Below are positions 1 through 10,039 of a DNA stretch of 64,000 nucleotides, piece after piece. This DNA comes from Sedimentisphaeraceae bacterium JB056 (lineage in GTDB: Bacteria; Planctomycetota; Phycisphaerae; Sedimentisphaerales; Sedimentisphaeraceae). The notes beneath the pieces were generated by a model, which had not been told where the DNA came from, searched no databases, and saw only the letters and a list, made by a program, of their open reading frames with translations. Where the stretch lies: the NCBI GenBank assembly GCA_044440125.1, contig JBITAJ010000024.1, positions 1-64,000 of the forward strand, read 5' to 3'. Each line of letters opens with the position of its first letter. The stretch's first letter is position 1. Position numbers and translations under genes: made by a program.

Positions 1-198
1 CAGAGAAGTGCCGTTGAGAGAACTTTTGCAAGAATAGACAGAGACTTCGGTTTTGAAAAACACTATATCCGTGGCATGGATAAGATGAAGGCAAGATGTC
101 TTATCAGCCTGATAATAATGCTTACGATTGCTTACGGCAGAACAAAGGAAGGTGAGACTGAAAATATCAGATCGCTGACCTATTCTAAAACCGCATAA
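1..198 (+). CDS. C-terminal end of a DDE transposase (partial, runs off window start)
   Basis: Frame 1 translates as QRSAVERTFARIDRDFGFEKHYIRGMDKMKARCLISLIIMLTIAYGR...RSLT..* (stop 196-198). RxxVERxF..GF is typical of IS4/IS5/IS1182-superfamily C-termini. Not in the ORF track. Confidence 0.75.
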   Translation, partial: QRSAVERTFARIDRDFGFEKHYIRGMDKMKARCLISLIIMLTIAYGRTKEGETENIRSLTYSKTA

Positions 199-477
199 AT
201 ATCACTCAAATTAAGCTTTCAATTAAAGTTTACAGTACCGTTGCGTTCAGATTTAGTCAAAATGCTTCCTGTAATGTGAAAATCCAATTTTTTAACCAGA
301 CAATCAACGAATTCCACGCGAAATATCAACGCCTGTCAAAACAAAGGTAAACTAAGGCTCAAAAACCTTACAAACGGAATAACTCTGCTAATAAATCCAG
401 CATTATTGTATTTTTTTTCTATTTTTTTTTGTTAAAATACATATGTCTTAAAAGTGTAATTATATAAGGAGACAAAA

Positions 478-3400
478 ATGAAAATATATTTGGCATTATT
501 ATTAGCTGTTGCAAGCATATCCATGGGATTCAGTGGTGGTTCGGGTACTTACGATGATCCGTATCTGGTTTCTACTGTTTCAGACATTGAGCAGATTGAT
601 GATAATTTATCATCTACGTTCCTGATGACATCCAATATTGACATGAGCGGCAAGACTTACGATGACGCTGTTATTGGCAATGGAAATCAGTTCAGTGGAA
701 CGTTTGACGGCGACGGCTACGAAATAATAGGATTGACTATTGATTCAGACAAGGATGATGCGGCATTTTTTGGTCAAACCAGAGGTGCCATAATCAAAAA
801 TCTTGGCATAGTTCAGGCTAATATTGACTCGAAAAGAAAAGACAATGTTGCCATTCTTTGCGGATATAGCTTCAATAATACACAAATAGAAAATTGTTAT
901 GTAAGCGGAACGGTTATAGGTGATTCTTATGTTGGAGGTTTGATAGGATATAATCAAGTCAGTTCTGTTGATGGTTGCCATTCAGACTGCATAGTAGAGG
1001 CTGATGATAAAAGAGCCGGCGGGCTTATAGGCTACAATTTTAATAATTCACCAGTAAGCAACAGTTCTTCTTCAGGTACAGTTGAAGCTGAAGAAGAAGC
1101 CGGCGGGCTGATCGGTATGAATCAGTATTCCGAAATAACCAACTGTTACTCATCAGTCAATGTAACTGCTTCAGAAAATGAGATTGGCGGATTTATCGGT
1201 TATAATCAAGGGGCAACTATAACAGACTGTTACGCAACAGGAATTGTAACAGGTAAAGATCATACAGGTGGTTTGCTAGGATATGATCATGGTGATCTTG
1301 TAACCGGTTGTTATGCAACAGGAGATGTTTTTGGAGAAAATTACTGTGGAGGACTAACTGGGTATTGTGTTCAGGGTGATAACACTGAAAGTTACGCGAC
1401 CGGAGTTGTAACCTCATCTGGTAATAATCAATACGTTGGTGGCTTTGTTGGTCGAAATGGTTCGGGAACGATCTCTTACTGTTATGCGACCGGAAATGTT
1501 AGCGGTTACAAATACAATGGTGGCTTTGCCGGTTATAACAATTCAGGACTTATTACTGTATGTTCATCTGAGGGAGATGTTTATGGCAGTAATAATTACA
1601 GTGGTGGTTTTGTTGGGACTATAAATTCGGGAACCGTAAGTAATTGTTACAATACAGGTAACACTGCCGGTTTGAATTATACTGGTGGATTTTGCGGTTT
1701 ATCTAATTCTGGTAGCATAAAGAACAGCTATTGCAGCAGTGCTGTTAGTGGAGTAGGCTCCTACGTAGGATGTTTTTTAGGTGTAACATGGTCAGGTGTT
1801 GTTACTGATTGTTTCTGGAACGAAGAAGTTTCGGTAATCTCATGTGATGATGGTTCTATCGGTGGTTATAGTGTAACTGGTCTGACGACGATTGAGATCG
1901 TTAACGATGAGACATTTCTTGATGCAGGTTGGGACTTCAACTCAATATGGAAGATGCCTGAATCAGGTTCTCCTGTACATGAATGGCATTATGTTGAGAT
2001 TCCTATGCTTGGAAGTGGAACTAAGAATGATCCTTATCAGATAGCAACTCGTCAGCATCTCGAACAGGTTAATTATGATACAAGTGCTTATTACATTCTT
2101 ACTGCGGATATAGATCTTTCGACAACTGTCTACAACAGAGCGGTTGTTGCTCCGGATACGGATAATTCTTCAGTAAGTTTTGTTGGAGATATTTTCCTTG
2201 GAACTTTTGATGGTAACGGCTATGAAATTACTGGTCTTACTATTGATACACTGGGTGAATCTAACAGCTACCTCGGGCTTTTCGGTCATATTAGTCGTGG
2301 AAGTGTAAGTAATGTTGTTTTGACAAATGTCAGCATTACAGGCGGTTTTGATAGTCGCTATATTGGAGCGTTGGCAGGTTATAATTCATCAACAGTCGTT
2401 ACATCATGCAGTTCAACTGGTACTATTACGATCGGTAATGATGGCGGTTATTACGGCGGTTTGATTGGAAGAAGCGGTGCTGATATCAATGATTCCAGTT
2501 CGTCTGTAGCTTTAACAGCCGGTGAAGGCTCAATGTATGTTGGCGGATTTATTGGCTATAACTATATGACAGGGAAAATTGTTGACTGTTTTGCTGATGG
2601 AAGCGTTAATGCGGCAGCGGATTCTGAAAGTATAGGCGGTCTGGTAGGTCGTAACTGGTTTGGTGCGGTATCTGACTGTTATGCTTCTGCTGATGTTCAA
2701 AGCGGTCTTGAGACAACATATATTGGCTGTCTGTGCGGTTATAACGCAGGTTCTGTTACAGGTTCGCATTCAGCAGGAGATATCACTTCTCAGGGCAGCT
2801 ATGTAGGTAACCTTTGCGGATACAACTATTATGGTTCGATAATAAACAGCTTTGCTGTGGGCGATATTCTCAGTGCATCAGACTATGTTGCCGGATTGTG
2901 TCCTGTTAATTTTAAGGGTGTTTTCCAGCATTGCTATGCAGCCGGTGCAGTTACAGGCACTTCTAATACAGGTGGACTTGCGGTATCGCAGACTCTTGCC
3001 ACCATTGGAGGATGTTTCTGGGACATTGAAGCTACCAATCAGGCTTCGAGTATAGCGGGAACAGGAAAGCTTACTGCACAGATGCAGGATATGTCAACTT
3101 ATACTTATGCTGAGTGGGATTTTGATAATTACTGGTCAATAGAGGCTCAGCAGTATCCGGCATTGGTTTATCCGAATATCCCTATACCTGATTCACCTGA
3201 TAAATTCAGCGGTGGCCGCGGGACATTAGGCAATCCTTATCAGATAGATTCTTCTGATGATTGGGTCGAGCTGACTGTAAGCTCTGAAGTATGGGATAAG
3301 TATTTTATAGTAACAAATGACATAGATCTTACTGATGTTGATATCCTGCCGGTTGGTGAAGGTTCATCCTTTAGCGGTGTTTTCGATGGACAGGGTTATA

Positions 3401-5358
3401 CTGTTTCAAATGCTGTTCTTAATAGCGAATATGACAATCAGGGGCTTTTCGCTGAGCTCAATGGTGCTCAGATCCTAAATCTTCTGGTAGTTGATATTAA
3501 TGTTTCCGGTGATGATTTTGTGGGTGGTCTTTGTGCCAAAGCGATTAATTCTCAAATTACGGCTTGTTCTGTTCAGGGAAGTGTTGTAGGCGGAAATGAT
3601 AATGTAGGCGGTATTGCAGGAGCAGCAACCGGTGGTTCTGTAATAACTGATTGTTATGCTGATGTCCAACTTCAGGGCAACGGACAATATATCGGTGGTA
3701 TTGCGGGTCTCAATAATGCTTCTGATCTCGTAAGCTGCAGTTCTGTCGGACACACTTTTGGCTCAGGCAGTCAGATGGGTGGCGTTGTCGGTCGAAATGA
3801 AAACGGCGGTCTTGTTTCTAAGTGTTACGCTGATGACAGTGTTAACGGCGGCGGAACAAGTGCTTATGTAGGCGGTGTTGCGGGAATCAGTATTGATTCC
3901 AGTATTATCGACAGCTATTCAACGGCTGATATTGAAGGTTATAATGATGTTGGCGGTCTTATTGGAAGCAGTACCGATTCAATTGTAACAAACTGTTATG
4001 CTGCTGGAACTCTTGCTACTAACAATGAGGGTGTAGTAGGCGGCCTTATCGCTGAAGATACAGGGAGTACTGTAAGTCAGTGTTACTGGGATACTACTGT
4101 TTCGCAAGTAGTTGTAAGTGCAGCCGGAAGTGGTTTTGATACATCAACTATGCTGATGATCAGTACGTATCTTACTGCCGGTTGGGATTTTGCTGATGTG
4201 TGGTGGATACCTACCGCAGATTATCCAAAGTTCAGGACGGCGATGAAGGGCAGCGGTTCACAAACCGATCCTTATCAAATAGAAAATCAGCACCATCTTG
4301 AGCTGGTTAATGATAGTCTCTATAAGACATATTTCACCCTTGTAAATGATATTGATCTTTCCGGCACAACTTATTCAACAGCAGTAATAGCAGCAGATCA
4401 GGATAGTTCAACTGCTGAATTTGTTGGCGAGTCATTCAGTGGAGTTTTTAACGGGAATGGATTTACTATTACAGGACTTACTATCGATACTTCTGGCGGT
4501 TCTAATTATTATCTTGGGCTTTTTGGACGCATTAATGGTGGTACCGTTAGAAATCTTAAATTAGAGAATGTTAGCATTACGGTTAACGATAATTGCTGGT
4601 TTATCGGTGGTATTTCCGGGTGGAATAATTCTGTATTATTGAGTAATTGTTATGTAACTGGAGCGTTAACGACTGGATCGTATTGCGAATCTATTGGTGG
4701 TATATCTGGAGAGAATCGGGGTACTATAACATCGTGTTTTGCTGATATGAGCATAAGTATAGACGACGCTTCTAAATATGCAGGTGTTATTTGTGGTCTT
4801 AACGGTGGCTCAGGCGGCGGTAAGAAAGGTGATGTTACAAATTGTTATGCAAACGGTAGTATCGCAGGACAAGGTAGCTCTTTTAAAATTGGTGGTGTAA
4901 TAGGGCAAAACTGGTATGGTACATCATTGGATTGTTATGCGGTAGTTGACGTAACAGGTTCAGAATATACAGGCGGTTTCTGCGGTTTCAATTATGAAGG
5001 TCAGATAGAAGACTGTTTCTGGGATAGTGAATCAACGGGTGTTGCAGTAAGTGATGGCGGGACAGCTCTTACTACAGTTGAGATGCTCGATAATGAAACT
5101 TTTGTGGCTGTCGGTTGGGATTTCGATAATGTGTGGATCCAGGAGGATTCAATGAATCCAACACTTGTTTTTGAGCAGACACTGAATCCCGCAGATGTAA
5201 CTCCACTAAATGTAGCAAATATAGAGAATGTTATATTTATCGCACAAAACTGGCTGGAGCCTGTTGGTGATTCAACGCTTGATATTAATCAGGAGACAGA
5301 TGAAGAACTTGTGGATATGGCAGCTTTTGCAAAACTTTTAACGACTATCAATGACTAA
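478..5358 (+). CDS. Large secreted GLUG-motif (beta-helix) surface protein, four tandem modules, degenerate dockerin-like C-terminus
   Basis: Signal peptide; four 'GxGTxxDPYxI...DIDL...FxGxFDGxG' module starts; many VGGLxG repeats; 'AGWDF' module ends; C-terminal 'IAQNWLE...VDMAAFAKL'; RBS AAGGAG upstream. Confidence 0.88.
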   Translation: MKIYLALLLAVASISMGFSGGSGTYDDPYLVSTVSDIEQIDDNLSSTFLMTSNIDMSGKTYDDAVIGNGNQFSGTFDGDGYEIIGLTIDSDKDDAAFFGQTRGAIIKNLGIVQANIDSKRKDNVAILCGYSFNNTQIENCYVSGTVIGDSYVGGLIGYNQVSSVDGCHSDCIVEADDKRAGGLIGYNFNNSPVSNSSSSGTVEAEEEAGGLIGMNQYSEITNCYSSVNVTASENEIGGFIGYNQGATITDCYATGIVTGKDHTGGLLGYDHGDLVTGCYATGDVFGENYCGGLTGYCVQGDNTESYATGVVTSSGNNQYVGGFVGRNGSGTISYCYATGNVSGYKYNGGFAGYNNSGLITVCSSEGDVYGSNNYSGGFVGTINSGTVSNCYNTGNTAGLNYTGGFCGLSNSGSIKNSYCSSAVSGVGSYVGCFLGVTWSGVVTDCFWNEEVSVISCDDGSIGGYSVTGLTTIEIVNDETFLDAGWDFNSIWKMPESGSPVHEWHYVEIPMLGSGTKNDPYQIATRQHLEQVNYDTSAYYILTADIDLSTTVYNRAVVAPDTDNSSVSFVGDIFLGTFDGNGYEITGLTIDTLGESNSYLGLFGHISRGSVSNVVLTNVSITGGFDSRYIGALAGYNSSTVVTSCSSTGTITIGNDGGYYGGLIGRSGADINDSSSSVALTAGEGSMYVGGFIGYNYMTGKIVDCFADGSVNAAADSESIGGLVGRNWFGAVSDCYASADVQSGLETTYIGCLCGYNAGSVTGSHSAGDITSQGSYVGNLCGYNYYGSIINSFAVGDILSASDYVAGLCPVNFKGVFQHCYAAGAVTGTSNTGGLAVSQTLATIGGCFWDIEATNQASSIAGTGKLTAQMQDMSTYTYAEWDFDNYWSIEAQQYPALVYPNIPIPDSPDKFSGGRGTLGNPYQIDSSDDWVELTVSSEVWDKYFIVTNDIDLTDVDILPVGEGSSFSGVFDGQGYTVSNAVLNSEYDNQGLFAELNGAQILNLLVVDINVSGDDFVGGLCAKAINSQITACSVQGSVVGGNDNVGGIAGAATGGSVITDCYADVQLQGNGQYIGGIAGLNNASDLVSCSSVGHTFGSGSQMGGVVGRNENGGLVSKCYADDSVNGGGTSAYVGGVAGISIDSSIIDSYSTADIEGYNDVGGLIGSSTDSIVTNCYAAGTLATNNEGVVGGLIAEDTGSTVSQCYWDTTVSQVVVSAAGSGFDTSTMLMISTYLTAGWDFADVWWIPTADYPKFRTAMKGSGSQTDPYQIENQHHLELVNDSLYKTYFTLVNDIDLSGTTYSTAVIAADQDSSTAEFVGESFSGVFNGNGFTITGLTIDTSGGSNYYLGLFGRINGGTVRNLKLENVSITVNDNCWFIGGISGWNNSVLLSNCYVTGALTTGSYCESIGGISGENRGTITSCFADMSISIDDASKYAGVICGLNGGSGGGKKGDVTNCYANGSIAGQGSSFKIGGVIGQNWYGTSLDCYAVVDVTGSEYTGGFCGFNYEGQIEDCFWDSESTGVAVSDGGTALTTVEMLDNETFVAVGWDFDNVWIQEDSMNPTLVFEQTLNPADVTPLNVANIENVIFIAQNWLEPVGDSTLDINQETDEELVDMAAFAKLLTTIND

Positions 5359-5380
5359 GAACTTGCCTGTATTAAAATTT

Positions 5381-5413
5381 AAAGAAACCGTATCAAATTA
5401 ATACGGTTTCTTT
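5381..5413. terminator. Intrinsic terminator, possibly bidirectional
   Basis: Perfect 13-bp stem AAAGAAACCGTAT / ATACGGTTTCTTT with a 7-nt loop, just downstream of the 5358 stop. Confidence 0.8.
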
Positions 5414-5500
5414 GTTTATATAATTTATACTCGAAAATTTGCTAAGATCAACTGAATAAATGGTTTATGTTATAAAAAAAACTGAAATTAGAGGCAAAAC

Positions 5501-6152
5501 ATAAAAACGTGGACCATATTTTTGAATATCCTACTAAAAGATATTAGAAGTTATTATCTAGAACCACCAAACATTAGTTGGAATTCTTGTTGTCATTGGT
5601 TTTGATAATAATGTTTTTTAATTTGATTGGGGCTGAGATTGAAAAGTCTGCAGATTGACTACCGGGTTTGTATTTCTTGGTGTTTTCTTTGTAACAACAA
5701 GTGTTTTGACAGTAATGTAACATTTGAGAAAAAAGACGCTTCTCTGAATGGCTGCTACTGGTATCAATTTTATTGAAAACTCTAATGCAGGTTCCAATAT
5801 CTGGGTAGTTCTATTTGGAATAGTAATTGTTCTTATGATATTTTCATTGCTATTAGCTTGATATTATCAGGACTATCACCGTCTAAACAAAAGAAATGTT
5901 AAAAGTTTAGACATTTTCGAGCATCTTCCGTTTCCCAATGATTTTCTGTGTTGTCCGTTTTCTGGTCGAACAGTTTTGGATTTAACTAAAGCCTGTATTT
6001 TATGTGCTATATCTAACTTATGAAGCAGTTTTTTGTTGTTTAAAATCAGATGGAATATTGGCCATTGATACTTAACCTGAAAACACTTACTTCTTTTTTC
6101 ATATTACTTTTTTTATGGTTTTTACAATATACACAGAAAATGAATAGTTTGA
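5501..6152 (+). pseudogene. Heavily decayed ABC-2-type transporter permease
   Basis: Pieces across frames: (I)KTWTIFLNILLKDIRSYYLEPPNISW / LPG / FVTTSVL / TFEKK / TFSSIFRFPMIF / YVLYLTY / NIHRK*IV*. Start decayed ATG>ATA after a GAGG RBS; many stops and frameshifts. Family recognised from memory of the 'YYLKPPNISW...FRFPMIF' permeases. Confidence 0.65.
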
Positions 6153-6175
6153 GTATCATTAACTAATTGGTTTGA

Positions 6176-6464
6176 TTACTTAGGAAACCATTTTTGCGTT
6201 TTCAGGCATATTCTGACCAGTATCAGCATAATCGGAACTTCGATCAATACTCCGATTACTGTTGCCAGTGCAGCTCCGGAAGAAAGTCCAAAGAGCATTG
6301 TAGCAGTGGCAATAGCGACTTCAAAGTGGTTTGATGCACCTATCATTGCTGATGGTGCCGCATCGTTATATTTCAATTTTAGAAGCTTGCTAAACCCATA
6401 ACCTAAAGCGAATATGAGTATAGTCTGGACCAGTAACGGAATTGCGATCCAGATTATTGTTAAC
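6176..6464 (-). pseudogene. acr3: 3' fragment of ACR3 arsenite efflux transporter, truncated by IS1634
   Basis: [10 protein letters not shown]...[36 protein letters not shown] is the Acr3 C-terminal signature. The ORF-track start (6532) lies inside the IS end; the 5' part of the gene is absent from the window. Confidence 0.88.
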
Positions 6465-8185
6465 CCCAATTTCTCACTTAAGGGGGTAAAAGTGGCTTTT
6501 TGACCCCTTAAGGGCGGTTGGTCTGTCGCCAAAGTGGGTGTTATTTTCTTGTCTTTTCAGCGTATATTTTCGGCGGTTTTTGCGGCGGCAGTTCCATCTT
6601 TAGGTGGTAGAGCAGCAGCCTTTGATCCTGCTGAGGTTCGGTGTATCTTTGCATCAGAAGGGTTCTGCCGCCCATAGTCTCAAAAGACACGTCCAGCATC
6701 TGGATTCTTGACATTGTCTCCAGAGCAGCCTGGGCTGTTATGCCGCAGGCACTTGCCCGAAGTTTGTGCCGCAAGGTTACTTGCAGGCAATAACTCATAA
6801 ACGCTATAAAGACGTGAGCGTCCACACGTTCTTCTTTATGGTGATAGATCGGTCTTATGCCCAGGTCGCTCTTTAGCTCCCTGAATGCCTGTTCAACATT
6901 ACATTGCAGCATATACTCCTGCCAGAGCTCGCAGCCGTTCTTGCCTTTCTGGTTTGTCCGCAGAAAGTAGGTGCCATCGCGATAAATCATTTCTCTGTAT
7001 TTATCAGCTTCGAATTTGTAACCAAACTCGCCTTTTTCGATTCTATTCTTATTGCTGGGGATTGTAAGCGTAACGCATTTACGGCATGCTCCTGCGTCAT
7101 TCTCCAGTACCCCCAGTCTCTTCATAAAGCGGTCATAATCACGATATTTTTTGAGCTTCTCCAGACCCTCGAGGTACTTACGGAGCTTTCGTTTCCGCAT
7201 AGCTCGTTCTTTGGCCATTCTCTCCTTGCTGCGAGCCAATACATAGCATTCGCCGTCTTTCTCGATTTGTTTTATCCGAACGCTACCATTGACATCGTGC
7301 CAGCTTTTTATTGACAGTTCCTGCTGAAATTCATCGAGCAATTTCCGCGGCGTACCTACAAGATAATCAATGCCATTCTCACGCATATATGTAAGCACCG
7401 CTTCTGTAGGGATTCCCCTGTCCATCAACCAAACCCTGCCGGCCTTGCCGTACTTCGACTCTATCTTATTGAGAAGTGGCCTTAAGGTCGTCTTCTCAGA
7501 GGTGTTGCCCGGGAGTATCTCGTAATCAAGTGGGAATCCTTCGGGAGTAACTATCAGAGCTATCAATATCTGCCTGCAATCGCTTCGACGGTCTTTGCTG
7601 TGGCCGAATTTAGCTTTGGGGTTGCTTTTGCACATACCCTCAAAATAAGTGCTTGTAATATCGTAAAGCAAGATATTGTAATCGAGATCAAACATCGTCT
7701 GCCATCTGTCTTTGAGATAAGAACAGAGCTCTTCTTTGTATGGAAGTATTCGGTCAAGACAGCGGTAAAGCCTGTTCTTTTCGGCAACCTCAAAATTGCA
7801 GTCGAGCAACACATCCATGGCGGTTTGAGTAAACCAATGCTGGTGAACGTAAAATTCGGAGCCGGGTTTGATAAGACGGTTTACCGCAAGCAGTTTAACC
7901 ACTTTGGAATATTCTACGGGAGACTTTTTACTGTCGATCCTTTCGGACCAGAATTTGTCCAGCCCCAGCATATCCCAAATCTCACAGCCAAGCCAACAAT
8001 CGCCGAATACCCTGGGATTAGCCAGCTTCATTTTTGAGAGATTAACGGCAATGCTGTCGAGATCGCAGTGGGTATCGTTGTCCTGATCGTAAGCGAACAG
8101 CGATTTGTGTACAGGCTCGTTATCCTCATTGATTATCTCAATTGACTTTTGCCACGACTTCTTCTGCGAATCAGAAATCTCACCC
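6465..8185 (-). mobile_element. IS1634-family insertion sequence lacking its left end
   Basis: Right end CCCAATTTCTCAC starts at 6465, exactly where acr3 homology stops; subterminal hairpin CTTAAGGGG..CCCCTTAAG at 6477-6512; transposase frame breaks at about 8185. Confidence 0.8.
6541..8184 (-). pseudogene. IS1634-family transposase, 5'-truncated (ORF from ATG 8031 retains the DDE core)
   Basis: Motifs LYDITSTYFEG, FGHSKDRRSDC, MDRG, VEQAFRELKSDL, RPIYH. The frame stays open 51 codons upstream of ATG 8031 (GEISDSQKKSWQKSIE...), then meets foreign DNA and a stop at 8194-8196. Confidence 0.85.
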
Positions 8186-8231
8186 CATTGGCGTTATAAA
8201 TCGTCCCGTTGTGGGTGCCGAGGATTACGCC
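8186..8231 (-). pseudogene. 46-bp fragment of a class II glutamine amidotransferase gene (allele of 37454..38248)
   Basis: Translates GVILGTHNGTIYNAN, identical to the peptide encoded at 37775-37820; 39/46 nt identical with all 7 differences at third codon positions. Confidence 0.85.
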
Positions 8232-8232
8232 T

Positions 8233-8613
8233 CCCCGTTCCATTCAGAATACGGAAAGCGGAATTGCTTAACAGGGCTTGGGATGAGCGACTGGACGCGA
8301 ATACGGAAAGGTTGAAATGTTCTATGTTTTTAGTCTTGCCTAAAATAAACGTAGAACATTTTTTTCAATTTTAGCTTAAGGTTCGCAACTTGGTTTTTGA
8401 GGGCTCGAATGGATTTGAATGCGAACGCACCTAATCAGTTTCTATAAAATCGGCCTTCTTAGCAATGTGACGAACTCACCTCAGCCTATATCACACCGCC
8501 AAAATCCATCTTTAAGCTACCATAAACTCACTTTTACTTAATCCTATAAGAATTATTCGTATCCACTACAAATCCTTGTACTTTCAGCTAAATTCAAATG
8601 ATACGGAACGAGG
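8233..8613 (-). mobile_element. Non-autonomous (MITE-like) derivative of the rve element at 31298-33013
   Basis: Ends CCCCGTTCCAT (8233-8243) and ATACGGAACGAGG (8601-8613). 8493-8613 is the reverse complement of 31298-31429, including a 34-nt identical block (8539-8572 vs 31339-31372). No transposase ORF. Confidence 0.8.
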
Positions 8614-8779
8614 TACAGTTTCAGGGCATAGATAACACTTTATGGGTATTATATTCTCAAAATCTTCAATATATCTCATTGTTCTCAAATAATAAAATCA
8701 ACAAAATGAATAATAAGCATCTTTAGCACCTATATACCTCAATAGAGCCATAAGAGAATAAACACTCGTTCTTACAAAA

Positions 8780-10039
8780 TTACAATGCAAGTATTCCGCC
8801 ACTGTTGTTATAGAAACTTTCATCAAGAGTGAAGATGCCGTTTTTAGCTTCCACCCAAGAAGCCTCAGGCATTGGAAGTTGTTGTTTCATCTGTTGCCAA
8901 TTCCTGTAATTTTGGTGTCCGTTGGATTCCAAGACACCTATCTTCATTCCTGGAAGCGGTGCAAGTCTTGCCGCTACGTTCTTATTCCAGTCAACAAGTA
9001 TCGGATTAACCGTAAGGTCAGCACAGAAACATGGGATATTTTTTTCGTAAGCAATTTTAGCAATTTTCAAGCTCATACTCATTGTCTTGGCAATTGGTTT
9101 CAGTGCTATTGCTGTATAACCTAGCTCTATTCTATCTAAAGCATCCTTGTCTGAATGGGCAGATTCATCTGCCGCCAATCTTGCTGGAATATCTGAGACA
9201 TCCTCTTTGAACTCCTCAGGGAAAGGCTCTTCTAAAAGTATGATTCTATCCAACGCGCCAATTTTCCTGGCATAATCTAATAGGTTAAGCAGTCTCTCTT
9301 TACTATCATATCGACCGTTAGCATCAAGATAATATGGAATTCGTCCATTATCGGTGTATGGTATCTCGATATCTTTTACAAAATTATGAATTTGCTCGAT
9401 TCTATTTTTATCCCACTCAAGCATCTTGTCAAGATTGCCATCTTTATCGGGATCAGAACCTATCTTTATCTTCAGAAAGAAATAACCCCGATCAACTTCA
9501 GCCTTGACTCCCTCAATAGATACGCCGTAAGTCATCAAAGGAATGCACGCCAATTCATCCTGTCTATACGACAATGATGGTTTGATCTCAGCTGGAATCA
9601 TATCATCGAAATTGGTGATACTATTTTCTTTGCAATAAATAATCCATGCGGCATTATCAACCGCTACAAGTGCGTTCAAAACAAATGTTAATCGCAAGTC
9701 ATCGTTTAGTGTAACCTTTTTAGCATACTCATAAAGTTCAGGAAGTATGGTATCGATTAAGTCGATCGGAGTTTGCCAGTCAATAACCTCAGCCAATTTC
9801 AAAGCGTATGATGTTATCAGAAACATCATACTATTGCCTGCTGATTCGCTGTTGGTAGTGAAAATCTTTGCGTCGGACCACAACGTGCTTTGGGTACCCA
9901 GACCTTTGGCTTTAACTCCGCTTGTTGATATCATCTGAGCTGAGGTTTGCCAAAGTTCGCTTAGATATCCACCCTTAAACCCGAAAGGGACTTTAAGAGG
10001 TTCTCTTACGAAATTACAATTTGTTTTTGTTATCTTCAT
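8780..10039 (-). CDS. Enolase-superfamily (mandelate racemase/MLE-like) enzyme, possible acid-sugar dehydratase or epimerase
   Basis: KxK motif LKIKIG; metal ligands in LDANG, LEEPF and AADES; second lysine in ALKP. Confidence 0.8.
   Translation of the reverse strand: MKITKTNCNFVREPLKVPFGFKGGYLSELWQTSAQMISTSGVKAKGLGTQSTLWSDAKIFTTNSESAGNSMMFLITSYALKLAEVIDWQTPIDLIDTILPELYEYAKKVTLNDDLRLTFVLNALVAVDNAAWIIYCKENSITNFDDMIPAEIKPSLSYRQDELACIPLMTYGVSIEGVKAEVDRGYFFLKIKIGSDPDKDGNLDKMLEWDKNRIEQIHNFVKDIEIPYTDNGRIPYYLDANGRYDSKERLLNLLDYARKIGALDRIILLEEPFPEEFKEDVSDIPARLAADESAHSDKDALDRIELGYTAIALKPIAKTMSMSLKIAKIAYEKNIPCFCADLTVNPILVDWNKNVAARLAPLPGMKIGVLESNGHQNYRNWQQMKQQLPMPEASWVEAKNGIFTLDESFYNNSGGILAL

Noticed and set aside
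8186..8490. TnpB/omega-RNA-like guide (structured end followed by a flank matching a mobile gene)
   Set aside because: No TnpB/IscB/IS110 gene in the window, and the purely synonymous mismatches indicate a coding-gene relic rather than a guide.
8625..8655. dif-like site (GATAA-CACT-TTATG); similar candidates near 14760 and 31350
   Set aside because: The spacer is not 6 bp and/or the XerD arm does not match TTATGTTAAAT.
478..8780. Apparent strand-skew flip (G/T-rich + strand before about 6 kb, A/C-rich after about 8.6 kb) suggesting an inversion or terminus
   Set aside because: Confounded by a Gly-rich gene and a membrane-protein pseudogene; needs computed third-position skew over a longer region.
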